Of a DNA stretch of 64,000 nucleotides, positions 29,653 to 39,148 are shown one piece after another. Position numbers and translations under genes: made by a program. The stretch is taken from positions 1-64,000 of the forward strand of contig CBDCEW010000094.1 of assembly GCA_965215885.1 (NCBI GenBank). Reading direction: 5' to 3'. Numbering within the stretch: position 1 is the first letter of the stretch; the number at the start of each line of letters is the position of its first letter. The DNA comes from Candidatus Moanibacter sp. (lineage in GTDB: Bacteria; Verrucomicrobiota; Verrucomicrobiia; Opitutales; UBA2987). The notes beneath the pieces are model-generated. The model was not told where the DNA came from, did no database searches, and worked only from the letters and a program-made list of their open reading frames with translations.

Positions 29653-30996
29653 TCAGTCGTCAAAAAATCGGGGCAGCCATTCCCGGTTTGCTTGCAGCAG
29701 ATCGTCAGCAAGTCGCGGCAGTTGCGAAAAGTCCGCCAGTCCACACGCGGGATCAAGGCTGAGCGCCTGAACCAGTTTGTCGCGGTTGCCTTCCAGGGCT
29801 GCCTGAAGCGTCAAATCCGCTACGTCGGCTTGCAAACGATTCCATGAGCCGACAACACCCGGCAATTCACCCGCCGGCAACGGCTCGATCCGGTCGCTGT
29901 GCACGATACCGAGCGTCTCGACGGGAAACCCTTCCGGCATGTTGGAAACCTGTCCAGTGTTCGGGACGATCACCACCGTTTTAACCGGCTCCTCGACGGC
30001 TATGCCGCGCATGATCATGGTCATTTCTTCGCCCGAGGCGGTCCAATCGACCTCGTCCTCCTCCGCCGCAATGCGGCGGATCTGCTCGAGCTGGTCGACT
30101 TTTCCGAGCCGGCGTGCGTGGACAAAGGTTTTCTGCGTCCAGCGCATGCCAAAGCCGTTGATCTGATTGCACAGCCCGGGCCAAAACTCGACGGTGTGGC
30201 GGTCGTTATTGATGGGGATGTATCCGATCTGGTCGCAGATGATGCGGGCGGCGGCGTGGGGAGGTTTTAGATCGGATAGGGTCTCCCTCGACCACTTGCG
30301 AATGCGGGGCAACATGTCCTCGCCGGTTTGGTTTGCGCGCACGAGGAAGATGAAGTGGTTGATGCCCGCGAAAGCGTAGTCCAAACGCTGTTCTCCGAGC
30401 CACGAGTAGAGATACTCGCGAATGTTCATGCCCTCCGGTAGCGGGAGATCGAGGGCGGGTCCGAGGATCCCGGGTAGGGCGTGAACACCGTGGCACAGGC
30501 CCAACACGTGTGTTTTCGTCGCGGCGGCGTTTAGCGCCGCAGTTACGACGGTCATGGGATTGGTCTCATTAAGCATCCAGGCGCCGGGACAGAGCTCCTC
30601 CATCTCGCTGACGATTTCGTAGGCAATCGGTGCGGTGCGGAGCGCAGCGGAGATGCCGGAGGGCCCGCAGGTCATGCTGACGGGCAGGCGGATACCGTAC
30701 TTAACCGGTATCTCAAGGTCGTTCTGAAACGCGTCCATTTGTCCGGGGCTAAACGTGCACATCACGAAGTCGGCACCCGTAAGTGCCTCAGCCCGCTCCT
30801 CGCAGATAAGGATGTTGTAGTCCTTGTTTCGAAGCCGGTTAAAGGTTCGCAGCATGTCCGCCACCGCCTCGGTGTGCTCCGTATTCGGGTCTACCAGCCG
30901 GATTTCGCCGCCCTCGATTTCATCAATCAGGTAGACGTCGCGCATCAGTTTGCGCATCCAGTTGACGCTACCGCCGCCAATTACTGCCAGTTTCAT
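29653..30996 (-). CDS. Glycoside hydrolase family 4 (NAD-dependent, alpha-galactosidase-like)
   Basis: KLAVIGGGS, ALTGADFV, NETNPM, GLCHG, AGINH. Confidence 0.9.
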   Translation of the reverse strand: MKLAVIGGGSVNWMRKLMRDVYLIDEIEGGEIRLVDPNTEHTEAVADMLRTFNRLRNKDYNILICEERAEALTGADFVMCTFSPGQMDAFQNDLEIPVKYGIRLPVSMTCGPSGISAALRTAPIAYEIVSEMEELCPGAWMLNETNPMTVVTAALNAAATKTHVLGLCHGVHALPGILGPALDLPLPEGMNIREYLYSWLGEQRLDYAFAGINHFIFLVRANQTGEDMLPRIRKWSRETLSDLKPPHAAARIICDQIGYIPINNDRHTVEFWPGLCNQINGFGMRWTQKTFVHARRLGKVDQLEQIRRIAAEEDEVDWTASGEEMTMIMRGIAVEEPVKTVVIVPNTGQVSNMPEGFPVETLGIVHSDRIEPLPAGELPGVVGSWNRLQADVADLTLQAALEGNRDKLVQALSLDPACGLADFSQLPRLADDLLQANREWLPRFFDD

Positions 30997-31345
30997 ATAG
31001 GATGATTATTGTTTAGAACTTGTTTGATAAGGGTGGATGACCTCTGTTGTGAGCGCAGGGACCAATCCGCAATCGCCCGCCCGCGCTCCAACCCACCTGT
31101 ATATTGAAGTATCTCGTGAATGATCTTTACCTCTCAAACTTGATCGTGAGCTTCGTCGTAAGCTTTGTCAAGAGAGTGACCGAATTCCGCGACAAAGGTT
31201 CCCTTACGGGGTGAAAAGCCCCTCGAAACTTAATCGTAATTCTTGACGTAAACTGCGCCGAAAAATCAGCCAAAAACGTCGACGAAGTTGACGACAAAGC
31301 TTACGACAAAGAATCGGTTGAGTCACCGCGTCTCCCTCTCTTCCC

Positions 31346-31430
31346 TTTGGTTGCCCGATCGAGAACCTCAGGGCCCTGAGCTTGCTCGCCTCGGCGAAGC
31401 ATTGCGAAGACGGGTCGCAGGGCGGCTGCG
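31346..31430. repeat. TTTGGTTG repeat carrying the 39-nt module with a nested 30-nt insert
   Basis: Revcomp-homologous to 15056-15106 plus insert 31385-31414. Confidence 0.65.
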
Positions 31431-31467
31431 TTGCTCCAGGCAATCCGTGGTCAGAAATTAGTGCAGA

Positions 31468-34242
31468 TCAATCCGCGGAAACCTCCCCGAGTCTTAAATA
31501 ATTCAACTTCAACTTCCCGTACAATCTCCAGTTACCCGGCCGGTAGCCGAGGCAGAGCCGGGTGACCGCTCCACCGAGTGGCCGGTTGAGGTAAATCGTG
31601 TCCATCAGGTGTCCGTCGAGAGTGATCGTGAGTTCCCCCGGCGAGCGCCAGCGCAGCAGGACGTGGTGCCACTCGTCAAAACCCCAATCGAGGATCTTCT
31701 CTTCGGCCGGACGTCCCGCTCTTCCGACTTCCGTGTCCTTGATCCACGTATCGGCTACGTTGATTACCCGGGCGTTCTCGTCAAACGTCCGCACCACCAG
31801 ATTACGGCTGTAAAGGGTGAGGACACACAGCCCGCTCTGGTTATAGAGATCGCCGGAAATGTGGAAATAGGTCTTGAAATTGATGGTCGGGACGCGCGCA
31901 TGGGGCAGGTTGTTTTCCGCCGGAAAAACATGGAGCGATACCTCGCCGCAGTCACCGTTGACCGGCTCCCGGAATCGTCCGTCGATAAATGAGGTCACCG
32001 AACTGATGAGCGCATCCCCGTCGTATTCCGGTTTACCTTTCATCAATTGGACCTCTCCCGACTCCACCAGCTCGTGGATGGTTCCCTCCCAATTAAAACT
32101 TCGAGCACTCGACCGCGAACAACCGTCGATGTAGCACTGATCGTCCTTCCGCCGCCATTCGTCGAGGTAAGCGACGAACCCACCTAAAGAGCGGGATAGT
32201 TGGGCGAAATTCTTTCCGCCCGCGCCTTCACCGATCTCCAGCGTGGGTATACAGCCGTAAAAACCGGTTGTGGCGACGTCGCGGTATTTCCGGTCACCCG
32301 TCTGCTCATAGATGAAGGCGAAACCGCGAATGAACAGGCAGGCGAGGAACTGGTTGTACTGGTCGATATTCTTGCTGTAGACATTCCATTCGTAAATAAA
32401 GGCGCCGCGGTTGAAATCCCACATCCTGTCGATGATGAAATCGCAGGCCTTCTGAGCGGGTTCGATGACCCGCTCGTCGCCCGTGTTGAAGTGGTAGCGC
32501 TCCAACGATTCCAGAATAATGCCGAGCATGAAGGGTTTGCAGCCATCCATGAGGGCGGAGCGGTAGAACTCGGAAGGCTCCCCTTTGAAATAATTCTCGT
32601 CCTCATAAAACGAGCGTGGGGCGTTGAAGAAATCGATCATGAAATCGACGAGGAATTTCGCCCCTTCGAGAATCGACTCATCCCGCAGCGCTTCGTAACC
32701 GGCCACCAGCACCATCAGCGGCCATCCGGTGTAACGCTCGGCAAAGCAGAAGCCATGGATCAGCTGTTCCCGGCTCACACACATTTCGGCGATGATGCGC
32801 CGGCAGAGCCGCTCCCCCCCCTCCTTCGCCCAGATGTCCCCGAAAAAGAAATAGTTCAGCCAGCACCCGTCGTTCCACACATGGCCCATCTCCGATTCAA
32901 ACTTGCAATGGTGGTGCTGTGTCCCGTGGCACTTCATGTCCCCGGTGACCGAGCTGATGTCCATGTCCGTCATGTGGGCCGAGTGCCAGTAGGCCTTGTC
33001 GAGAAAACGCGGATCCCCGTACATGGCGTATCCGCGGTAGTAGCCGAAACCAGTGTCGTATTCGTTGTCCCAGTAAAACACCGGCTTCCCCTCCCGCCGG
33101 TATTCCGGCAGCGGGGCGGGAAAATCGCCGTAATGCTCCAAGCCGAAAAAGTGCGGGTGCTGCTTTTCCTCCTCGTCGATGTCGGCCGGGTGCGTCCCCT
33201 CGCCATATAGATCGTTTTTGGAAAGGTAGAGGATTTTCTTTTTGATGTCCTCATATTCCTTGAAGTGGCCCTCCGGCAGATAGATTTTTTCGCAGGCGAG
33301 GGAATCCATCAACTGGGTCTGGTCGATCACGAATTGCACGGTTTCTCCCAGCCCGGCGAGGCCGGCGGCGCTGCAGGCGACATGCAAGCTGTGTCGGTAG
33401 GACATTCCGCCGCTGACTGGTAGCGGCTTTGCGTCTCGCGGGAAAAACTCGACCACCGCTTCGTTGCCATCCTGCTCAACTGCGGCGGGAAAGCGCTGCC
33501 AGAATTTTTCGATGGCGAGTCCGGCGTCTTCGCCCGCGAAAACGCCGTCTGGATGCTCCGATTTTTCCGCTCCGTTTTCAACGCATTTCCCGGTTTCGAA
33601 GACCGCCGTCCGCCCCTTGCCGACGTTTCCGGAAAAACACAGGCTCGCCGAAGCGCTCTTCAGGTGGAAATATCCGTCCTCGAGAACCGTCATCCGACGC
33701 TGCACCAGCATCCGTTCGTTTTGTGGATCCAGACGGATGAAGAAGTCCCGGTGAAAACCCTTTTCCTTTTCCCTGATCCGGAGCAACGGCGCAATCGGGC
33801 TGGCCTCGACCAGGCTGATCTCCGCTTCCCCTGGATTGAACGGCGCCGACGCGAGATCGGATTCAATCGCGTCGGCGCTGTAGGAAACGCTGCCGTTTGG
33901 AGTCTCGAAGGTGAAGCCTTCCGCCGTCACAGCAAACCGGCAACCGTCGAGGGAAACTGAGTGATCCAATATTTCGACCGACTCTTGTTCTCGCGCCTGT
34001 CCCTTCAGGATCAAAAGGGATAACGTGCTCTCCCCCGCGGGCAGGCGTGTATGCATGAAAATCCAGCGGATGCTTCCGTCTTTCCACACGTTTCGCACTG
34101 TGTACCAGAGGGATATTTTCCTTTCGCCGATCTTGAGTTCGAGTCCGTCGCCCTCATGAAACGTGGCCTCCACAAAGGGAACGCCAATGAGCAGAAGATG
34201 GTTTTCGGAGGGGCTGATTACGTCGATTTGGATTTTCTTCAT
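31468..34242 (-). CDS. 924-aa protein, possibly exo-rhamnogalacturonan lyase (PcRGLX)-like with a LamG-like C-terminus
   Basis: N-term GVPF...WKDGSIRW, FWQRFP, WDNEYD, helical-barrel-like core; C-term WHHVLLRW...ITLDG. Confidence 0.5.
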   Translation of the reverse strand: MKKIQIDVISPSENHLLLIGVPFVEATFHEGDGLELKIGERKISLWYTVRNVWKDGSIRWIFMHTRLPAGESTLSLLILKGQAREQESVEILDHSVSLDGCRFAVTAEGFTFETPNGSVSYSADAIESDLASAPFNPGEAEISLVEASPIAPLLRIREKEKGFHRDFFIRLDPQNERMLVQRRMTVLEDGYFHLKSASASLCFSGNVGKGRTAVFETGKCVENGAEKSEHPDGVFAGEDAGLAIEKFWQRFPAAVEQDGNEAVVEFFPRDAKPLPVSGGMSYRHSLHVACSAAGLAGLGETVQFVIDQTQLMDSLACEKIYLPEGHFKEYEDIKKKILYLSKNDLYGEGTHPADIDEEEKQHPHFFGLEHYGDFPAPLPEYRREGKPVFYWDNEYDTGFGYYRGYAMYGDPRFLDKAYWHSAHMTDMDISSVTGDMKCHGTQHHHCKFESEMGHVWNDGCWLNYFFFGDIWAKEGGERLCRRIIAEMCVSREQLIHGFCFAERYTGWPLMVLVAGYEALRDESILEGAKFLVDFMIDFFNAPRSFYEDENYFKGEPSEFYRSALMDGCKPFMLGIILESLERYHFNTGDERVIEPAQKACDFIIDRMWDFNRGAFIYEWNVYSKNIDQYNQFLACLFIRGFAFIYEQTGDRKYRDVATTGFYGCIPTLEIGEGAGGKNFAQLSRSLGGFVAYLDEWRRKDDQCYIDGCSRSSARSFNWEGTIHELVESGEVQLMKGKPEYDGDALISSVTSFIDGRFREPVNGDCGEVSLHVFPAENNLPHARVPTINFKTYFHISGDLYNQSGLCVLTLYSRNLVVRTFDENARVINVADTWIKDTEVGRAGRPAEEKILDWGFDEWHHVLLRWRSPGELTITLDGHLMDTIYLNRPLGGAVTRLCLGYRPGNWRLYGKLKLNYLRLGEVSAD

Positions 34243-34315
34243 GGTGAGCTTTTGATGAGAAGAATGGAAGGGGAATCACCGGGGAACTGCAAACCATCGT
34301 TGGAATCTGCAGATT

Positions 34316-34575
34316 GATCCACCACTGATAAGGATGTAGAGATGGTCCTCCGGACACGGTTCTCTTGAAGGTGATAGAGCAGAAGATCGTGCGGCGGAGC
34401 GCCCGATCCACCGCTGAAAGGTTGTAAGAGGTAGAGCGGACCCTCCGGACACGGTTGTTTGAAGGAGGCAGGGCAGAAGATCGTGCGGCGGAGCGCCCGA
34501 TCCACCACTGAAAGGTTGCAAGAGGTGGACCGGGTCCTCCGGACACGGTTGTATTATGAGTCGGAAGGGCAGAAT
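34316..34575. repeat. BIME-like tandem of alternating REP-like palindromes, about 2.7 units of 89-94 nt
   Basis: GATCCACCRCTGA at 34316, 34405, 34499; CCTCCGGACACGGTT x3; AGAAGATCGTGCGGCGGAGCGCCC x2. Confidence 0.8.
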
Positions 34576-34608
34576 CGCCGGAAAACACCAAGATATCCCT
34601 GATTCTGT

Positions 34609-35382
34609 TTAAAACTCGTCGATAAGGCGTTTCAACACCCGCGCGTCCTCCAGAAACTGCTCGGGACTTTCGTCGCGGACGAACTCGAGGAGCACAAACC
34701 GATCGCCCTCGAGATCGGCGACCGCGTCAAGGTAAGCACGCCAGGCGCCGATGCCCGCGCTCAAGGGACATCGGACAAGATTGCCCTCCAACATATCCCA
34801 GTAAAACGCATGCAGATGGGAAAGGTGGCGACGCACCCGTTTGAGCCCGTCGAGCCGTTCTTCAGTCGACTGGTCGTGCGGGGCCTGCCAGTAAAGCTTC
34901 ACATTCGGATGATCCACTTCGTCCATCAGTGTGAGCGCCGATTCCACCGTATCGGTCAACGTGTTTCCGTGAAACTCGAGCGCGACGAGAACATCGCTCC
35001 GGTTCGCGGTCTCCCCGATCTCTCGCAAGTTCGCGGACACTGCCGCACGGTAAGCCGCATCCGCCGCAGCGGAACCGCGCCGCCCCGGCCATACGCGAAT
35101 GACGGGTGCTCCCAGGGCGAGGGCGGATTCGAGCACGGGTTCGAATGTCAAACCGTCCGCTTCGTTGTCCACTGCCCGGTAGTAGGAGCCGTAAGCGCAA
35201 ACCCGCAATCCGGCGTCCTCGGTGCGCTTCCGAACCTCAACGGCCGTGCTGAGATCTCCGTGCGGCACGTGAATGTCTCCACCCCATTCGATGCCGGTCA
35301 ACCCTGCCTGTCGAACGAGGTCAATAATCTGCTCGGGGGACAGCTTGCGAAAAGTGACGGATACAAGGCCGGGTTGGAGCAT
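34609..35382 (-). CDS. Sugar phosphate isomerase/epimerase (xylose-isomerase-like TIM barrel)
   Basis: GLVSVTFR, IEWGGDIHVP, LEFHGNTLTD, LLEFV. Confidence 0.88.
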   Translation of the reverse strand: MLQPGLVSVTFRKLSPEQIIDLVRQAGLTGIEWGGDIHVPHGDLSTAVEVRKRTEDAGLRVCAYGSYYRAVDNEADGLTFEPVLESALALGAPVIRVWPGRRGSAAADAAYRAAVSANLREIGETANRSDVLVALEFHGNTLTDTVESALTLMDEVDHPNVKLYWQAPHDQSTEERLDGLKRVRRHLSHLHAFYWDMLEGNLVRCPLSAGIGAWRAYLDAVADLEGDRFVLLEFVRDESPEQFLEDARVLKRLIDEF

Positions 35383-35633
35383 GTTAGAAGCGCCTCCCTG
35401 TAATACCAATGCTCACGGACAGTAACGGATGCCGACGTTACCGTGGCCCCGCTTGTTCAATTCTCTCGCAAAGCCGCAAAGACCGCCAAGAAAGTCTGCT
35501 TTAAGCGACTTCTTTACCCTTTCGACAGATCCATTCTTCATCATCGATTCCCTCGCATTCCAAAGAGAATCATAAGCTCAGATTGTGTGAGCAGTTTATT
35601 GAATTCTTTGCGTTCTTTTCGCCTTTGCGAGAG

Positions 35634-36566
35634 TCAATTCTTCGCCTTCGAACTAATCGGTCGCGCCGCGTAGCAGGTGGCGGGCGTTCCATCCTTTTCC
35701 ACAAAAATGCTTTTGTACGCCTCCGGCTTGATGCGCGGGTTGTCGGCGGCGCGGTAGTGAAACTGCAGGGCGCGCCGGCGCTGCGACGACTCGTTGATCG
35801 GCGTCTGGTGCGGCAGGTTACTGTGGAAAACGAGGATGCCCCCGGCTTTAATTTCGATTGGCACCGCTTCCGATAGGTCGAAGCGCTCCCCCTCGATCTC
35901 GCAATCGAACGTATGGTGATGCCGCAAGGGACCCATTTTATGCCCGCAGGGCAAGATATGCATGCACCCGTTTTCCGCCGTGGCATCATCGAGGGCGATC
36001 CAGATGCCGAAAACCCGGTCGAGGTTTTCGGTCGCGAAATAGGCGTTGTCCTGGTGCCAGGGTTTTTCCACTCCGCCATGGGGCGGCTTGATCAGGGCCA
36101 TCGTCTGGTAGATGACGGATCCCGGACCGAGGATGGCGTCGCGAATGCCTTTAATTTTCGGGTGTGGGCCCGTCAGCGCGCGAAAGATCGGCTCCTCCCT
36201 GGCGTAACCGGCCAGCTTGCGCAGGTGGAATTCAAGCCCGTTCACGCGCGCCGGGTCCGGCTCGTAACCGGGCTCCGTCATAAACGAAAAACTGCTCGAT
36301 TTGCTTCGAAAGGTCGTGCCGCTGTAATTCGATTTTTGGGAGGTATCCGCGCTCATCTCGCAGAGCTCGTCGTTAAATGCGTAGCGCCGGACCAGCTCGC
36401 TGATCCCATCCCGCGCCTCCCGGACCTCTTCCGGGGTCAGCGCCTTCTCGTAGGCGAGATAGCCTTGCTCCCGGTAGGTTGCCAGTTGATCATTGCTGAG
36501 TTGGTCGGGACAGTCCGGAAACTGCTGAACTTCGATGTCGGGAAAAGTCTTTGAGTGAAGAGTCAT
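35634..36566 (-). CDS. PhyH-family dioxygenase
   Basis: KPWHQD, WIALDDATAENGC, LPHQT, RRALQFHY. Confidence 0.92.
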   Translation of the reverse strand: MTLHSKTFPDIEVQQFPDCPDQLSNDQLATYREQGYLAYEKALTPEEVREARDGISELVRRYAFNDELCEMSADTSQKSNYSGTTFRSKSSSFSFMTEPGYEPDPARVNGLEFHLRKLAGYAREEPIFRALTGPHPKIKGIRDAILGPGSVIYQTMALIKPPHGGVEKPWHQDNAYFATENLDRVFGIWIALDDATAENGCMHILPCGHKMGPLRHHHTFDCEIEGERFDLSEAVPIEIKAGGILVFHSNLPHQTPINESSQRRRALQFHYRAADNPRIKPEAYKSIFVEKDGTPATCYAARPISSKAKN

Positions 36567-36568
36567 TT

Positions 36569-37199
36569 CTATTCTCCCCATAATGTGTCGGAAGCCAGCA
36601 TATTTGAGAAATCAGTGAAGGCAAGAATCTCTATACTATCTTCGGTCTTTAGCCGAGGTCCTCTGGGATACACGAGGATTCGCCGCCGCAGTCCCTTCAG
36701 TGCACTGATCGCCCGCAGGCCTTTGCACCATGTTTCTGAGAATGTATTGCCGGATTTTACTTCGATCGCAATGAATTGTTCTCCCCGGTTGAGAAGGAAG
36801 TCGACTTCAATACCGCTTTTCGCCGCGGTTTTCCAATAGTAGAAATCTTCGAAGAGCCTGCGGTAGTCTCGGTAAGCCCGGAGCACCTGAGCTACGAGCC
36901 CTTCGAAGAGGAAACCCCGTTCCTCCGGAACAACAGGACCGGAACTCCCTTTGAGGGCTCTTACGAGTCCGGCATCGCACCAATACCACTTAGGCAATTT
37001 GCGTTCACGCACTAAGTTCCTTCGCGATCAACCCAGGATTCGTCAGCAGTCGATGGTAGGTCTCTTCGGACAAGAGATCAATGACGTAGGCATCGGGATA
37101 AACATGACGCAGCCAACCGCTTTTTCCGTTCCCACGAGGACCCATTAGAAAGAAGCTCATTGAAGGTGCTTTGAGAATTCGGAGTATACGTGGTTGCAT
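36569..37199 (-). pseudogene. AAA ATPase / DUF4143-type gene with a large internal deletion
   Basis: N-fragment with Walker A GPRGNGKS abuts out of frame on C-fragment KWYWCDAG...EVDFLL...AIEVKS. Confidence 0.75.
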
Positions 37200-37284
37200 A
37201 GGTCGTCGTCATTTAGCGTTGAAAATTGACGACAGAATATGCTGATCTCAGCCAATATCAATAGAGGCGAACAGCCTTTGATGC

Positions 37285-37410
37285 GCACTGATGAACCACC
37301 GCGATATCATTCTCGACCGCGGCGAAGGGGATACCGACGAGATGATCGAATACGTGTGCCGCTGGCTGGACTACGGGCATGATCCAAAGACCGGCCGCTG
37401 GCTGGCCTGA
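37285..37410 (+). pseudogene. 126-nt remnant homologous to 41404-41529
   Basis: 108/126 nt identical by manual alignment; ends in TGA. Confidence 0.75.
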
Positions 37411-37599
37411 GGTGATCACGCTGGGGGGAACGAATCCGAAAGAGTCGGTGCGTCGGGGGTGCGACTGACCAGAAGGTATGTTTGCTGGGTGATCGGGTGG
37501 CTGAACCCAAACCTGAAGTCGAGAAGGAATTTCGCCATTGAACAATTCACCCAGCGCCTCACTATTCCAACGTTCCATCATTCCAATGAGCCAACCCTC

Positions 37600-38799
37600 A
37601 TGACCGAACAATCCGTCAAAGAACCCGCAGAAACCGTTGTCGACCGTGTCCAGGCGCAGGACCTGGAATCGCTCAAGGAAAACACCGTCAACCGGTTGAT
37701 CACCGCCAACGAGGGGATTGTCCGGTGGTGCGACCGGGTGCGGGACCCGGAAGCGCCGTTCCGGTTCCGCTGGGCGGTCGAATCCCTGCGCGACGCCGAT
37801 GTCGCCAGCTCGAATTACATCCTCGGTGCGCTGGACGGCGCCGGCCTTCTTGACAACGTGCTCACGGGGGACCAAAAGCGCGCCGGAGAGGCATGGATCG
37901 AGTCCCTCGAGGTCGCTGAAAACAGCTTTGAAGACCCCGCCCTCCTCGCCTACAAGCCGCCGATCTGGGATGACGAAGCGGAGTCATGGCCCCCCACCGG
38001 TGCGCACAAGGAGGCGTTAAACCAGTACTCGCGCGGCTGTTTGCGCTACTACACGCCCGATCCCGTCGACCAGCTGGCGGGTCCCCCGCCCCCGGATTGG
38101 CCGCAAATGGACGAAGCGGACCGGGTGCTGGACTGGATCAAGACGATCGAGCCTAATTGGAGCTGGATCGGGCGGATGATTCGCCGCCTGATGGACTGGC
38201 ACATCGCGGGGGATATCCCCGTCGATCCGCTCATCGACTGTGTCAAGTACGCCTACGAGCGGCAGGATCCCGAAACCGGGTTCTGGGCTAACGGCATCCA
38301 GACCAGCTTCAAGATCCTCATCACCGTCTTCGAGCCGATGAATCTTCCGGTCAACCACACCGACAAGCTGATCGACTCGGTCATGGCCAGGATGTACCAG
38401 CCGGACTACGACGACAACCTGTTCCCCTGTGAGGAGTTTGACGCCTTTTACGACATCGCAGTGGCCTGGGACCATGCCAAGGGACACCGGGAGGCGGAGG
38501 TGCTCAAATGGGCCGCTCACCGCGTAGCCTACATCCTCGAAACTCACGCCCAACCCGATGAGGGCATCGCCAGCTACCCCGAACGCTGCATCCCCACCTG
38601 GTTGAAATTCGACATGGCGCCGACCCTGCCCCAGGGCGACGCCTTCGGATTCGCCATCTACGGCGCCGGATTCAACATCTGCATCGACATGCTCGGGATC
38701 GCCGACCGCACCGGATGGAAACCCAAATGGCGCTACGGCCATACCCTCGACGACGGGCCGTATTTGGAGCTGGGGGAGAAGGTTAAGGGGTTGTTGTAG
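37600..38799 (+). CDS. Uncharacterised protein with QDPETGxW motif (possible alpha/alpha barrel)
   Basis: Long ORF; paralog of 4218-5425 (shared FDMAPxLPQGDA, C(D/E)EFD). Confidence 0.75.
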   Translation: MTEQSVKEPAETVVDRVQAQDLESLKENTVNRLITANEGIVRWCDRVRDPEAPFRFRWAVESLRDADVASSNYILGALDGAGLLDNVLTGDQKRAGEAWIESLEVAENSFEDPALLAYKPPIWDDEAESWPPTGAHKEALNQYSRGCLRYYTPDPVDQLAGPPPPDWPQMDEADRVLDWIKTIEPNWSWIGRMIRRLMDWHIAGDIPVDPLIDCVKYAYERQDPETGFWANGIQTSFKILITVFEPMNLPVNHTDKLIDSVMARMYQPDYDDNLFPCEEFDAFYDIAVAWDHAKGHREAEVLKWAAHRVAYILETHAQPDEGIASYPERCIPTWLKFDMAPTLPQGDAFGFAIYGAGFNICIDMLGIADRTGWKPKWRYGHTLDDGPYLELGEKVKGLL

Positions 38800-38907
38800 A
38801 GGGGGCCGGGATATCGTCTTCTTCGGCGTAAGCTTCGTCGTAATCTTTGTCGCGAGCTTTGTCGAGCTGGCTCGAATATCAGATTTTCGCTCAGGGAGGT
38901 GCTGAGG

Positions 38908-39098
38908 TCCTAGCGCAGCGAAGCCGCAACCAAAAAAGAAGAAGAGAACCGCAGATGCACGCAGATGGACGCGAATGCAGAAGGAAACTCCTACTTCCCT
39001 TGGAAACCTCGTCCCAAACCTTGTCGACTGCAATACATTGAATATCAGTCTCTTCTACGCCAAACTTTGCTAGAAAAACAAAGATTATACGGATTGTA
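38908..39098 (+). repeat. Dispersed repeat A, uninterrupted copy
   Basis: Aligns with 21987-22090, 15043-17129 and revcomp 10282-10336. Confidence 0.8.
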
Positions 39099-39148
39099 GC
39101 ACGGAGGTCTCTTTCTCAGTTTCTCTAGGAGATCTCTTCTCTGCCGTT

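Noticed and set aside
34316..34575. CRISPR array
   Set aside because: Whole 89-94 nt units are homologous, so there are no unique spacers; no cas genes
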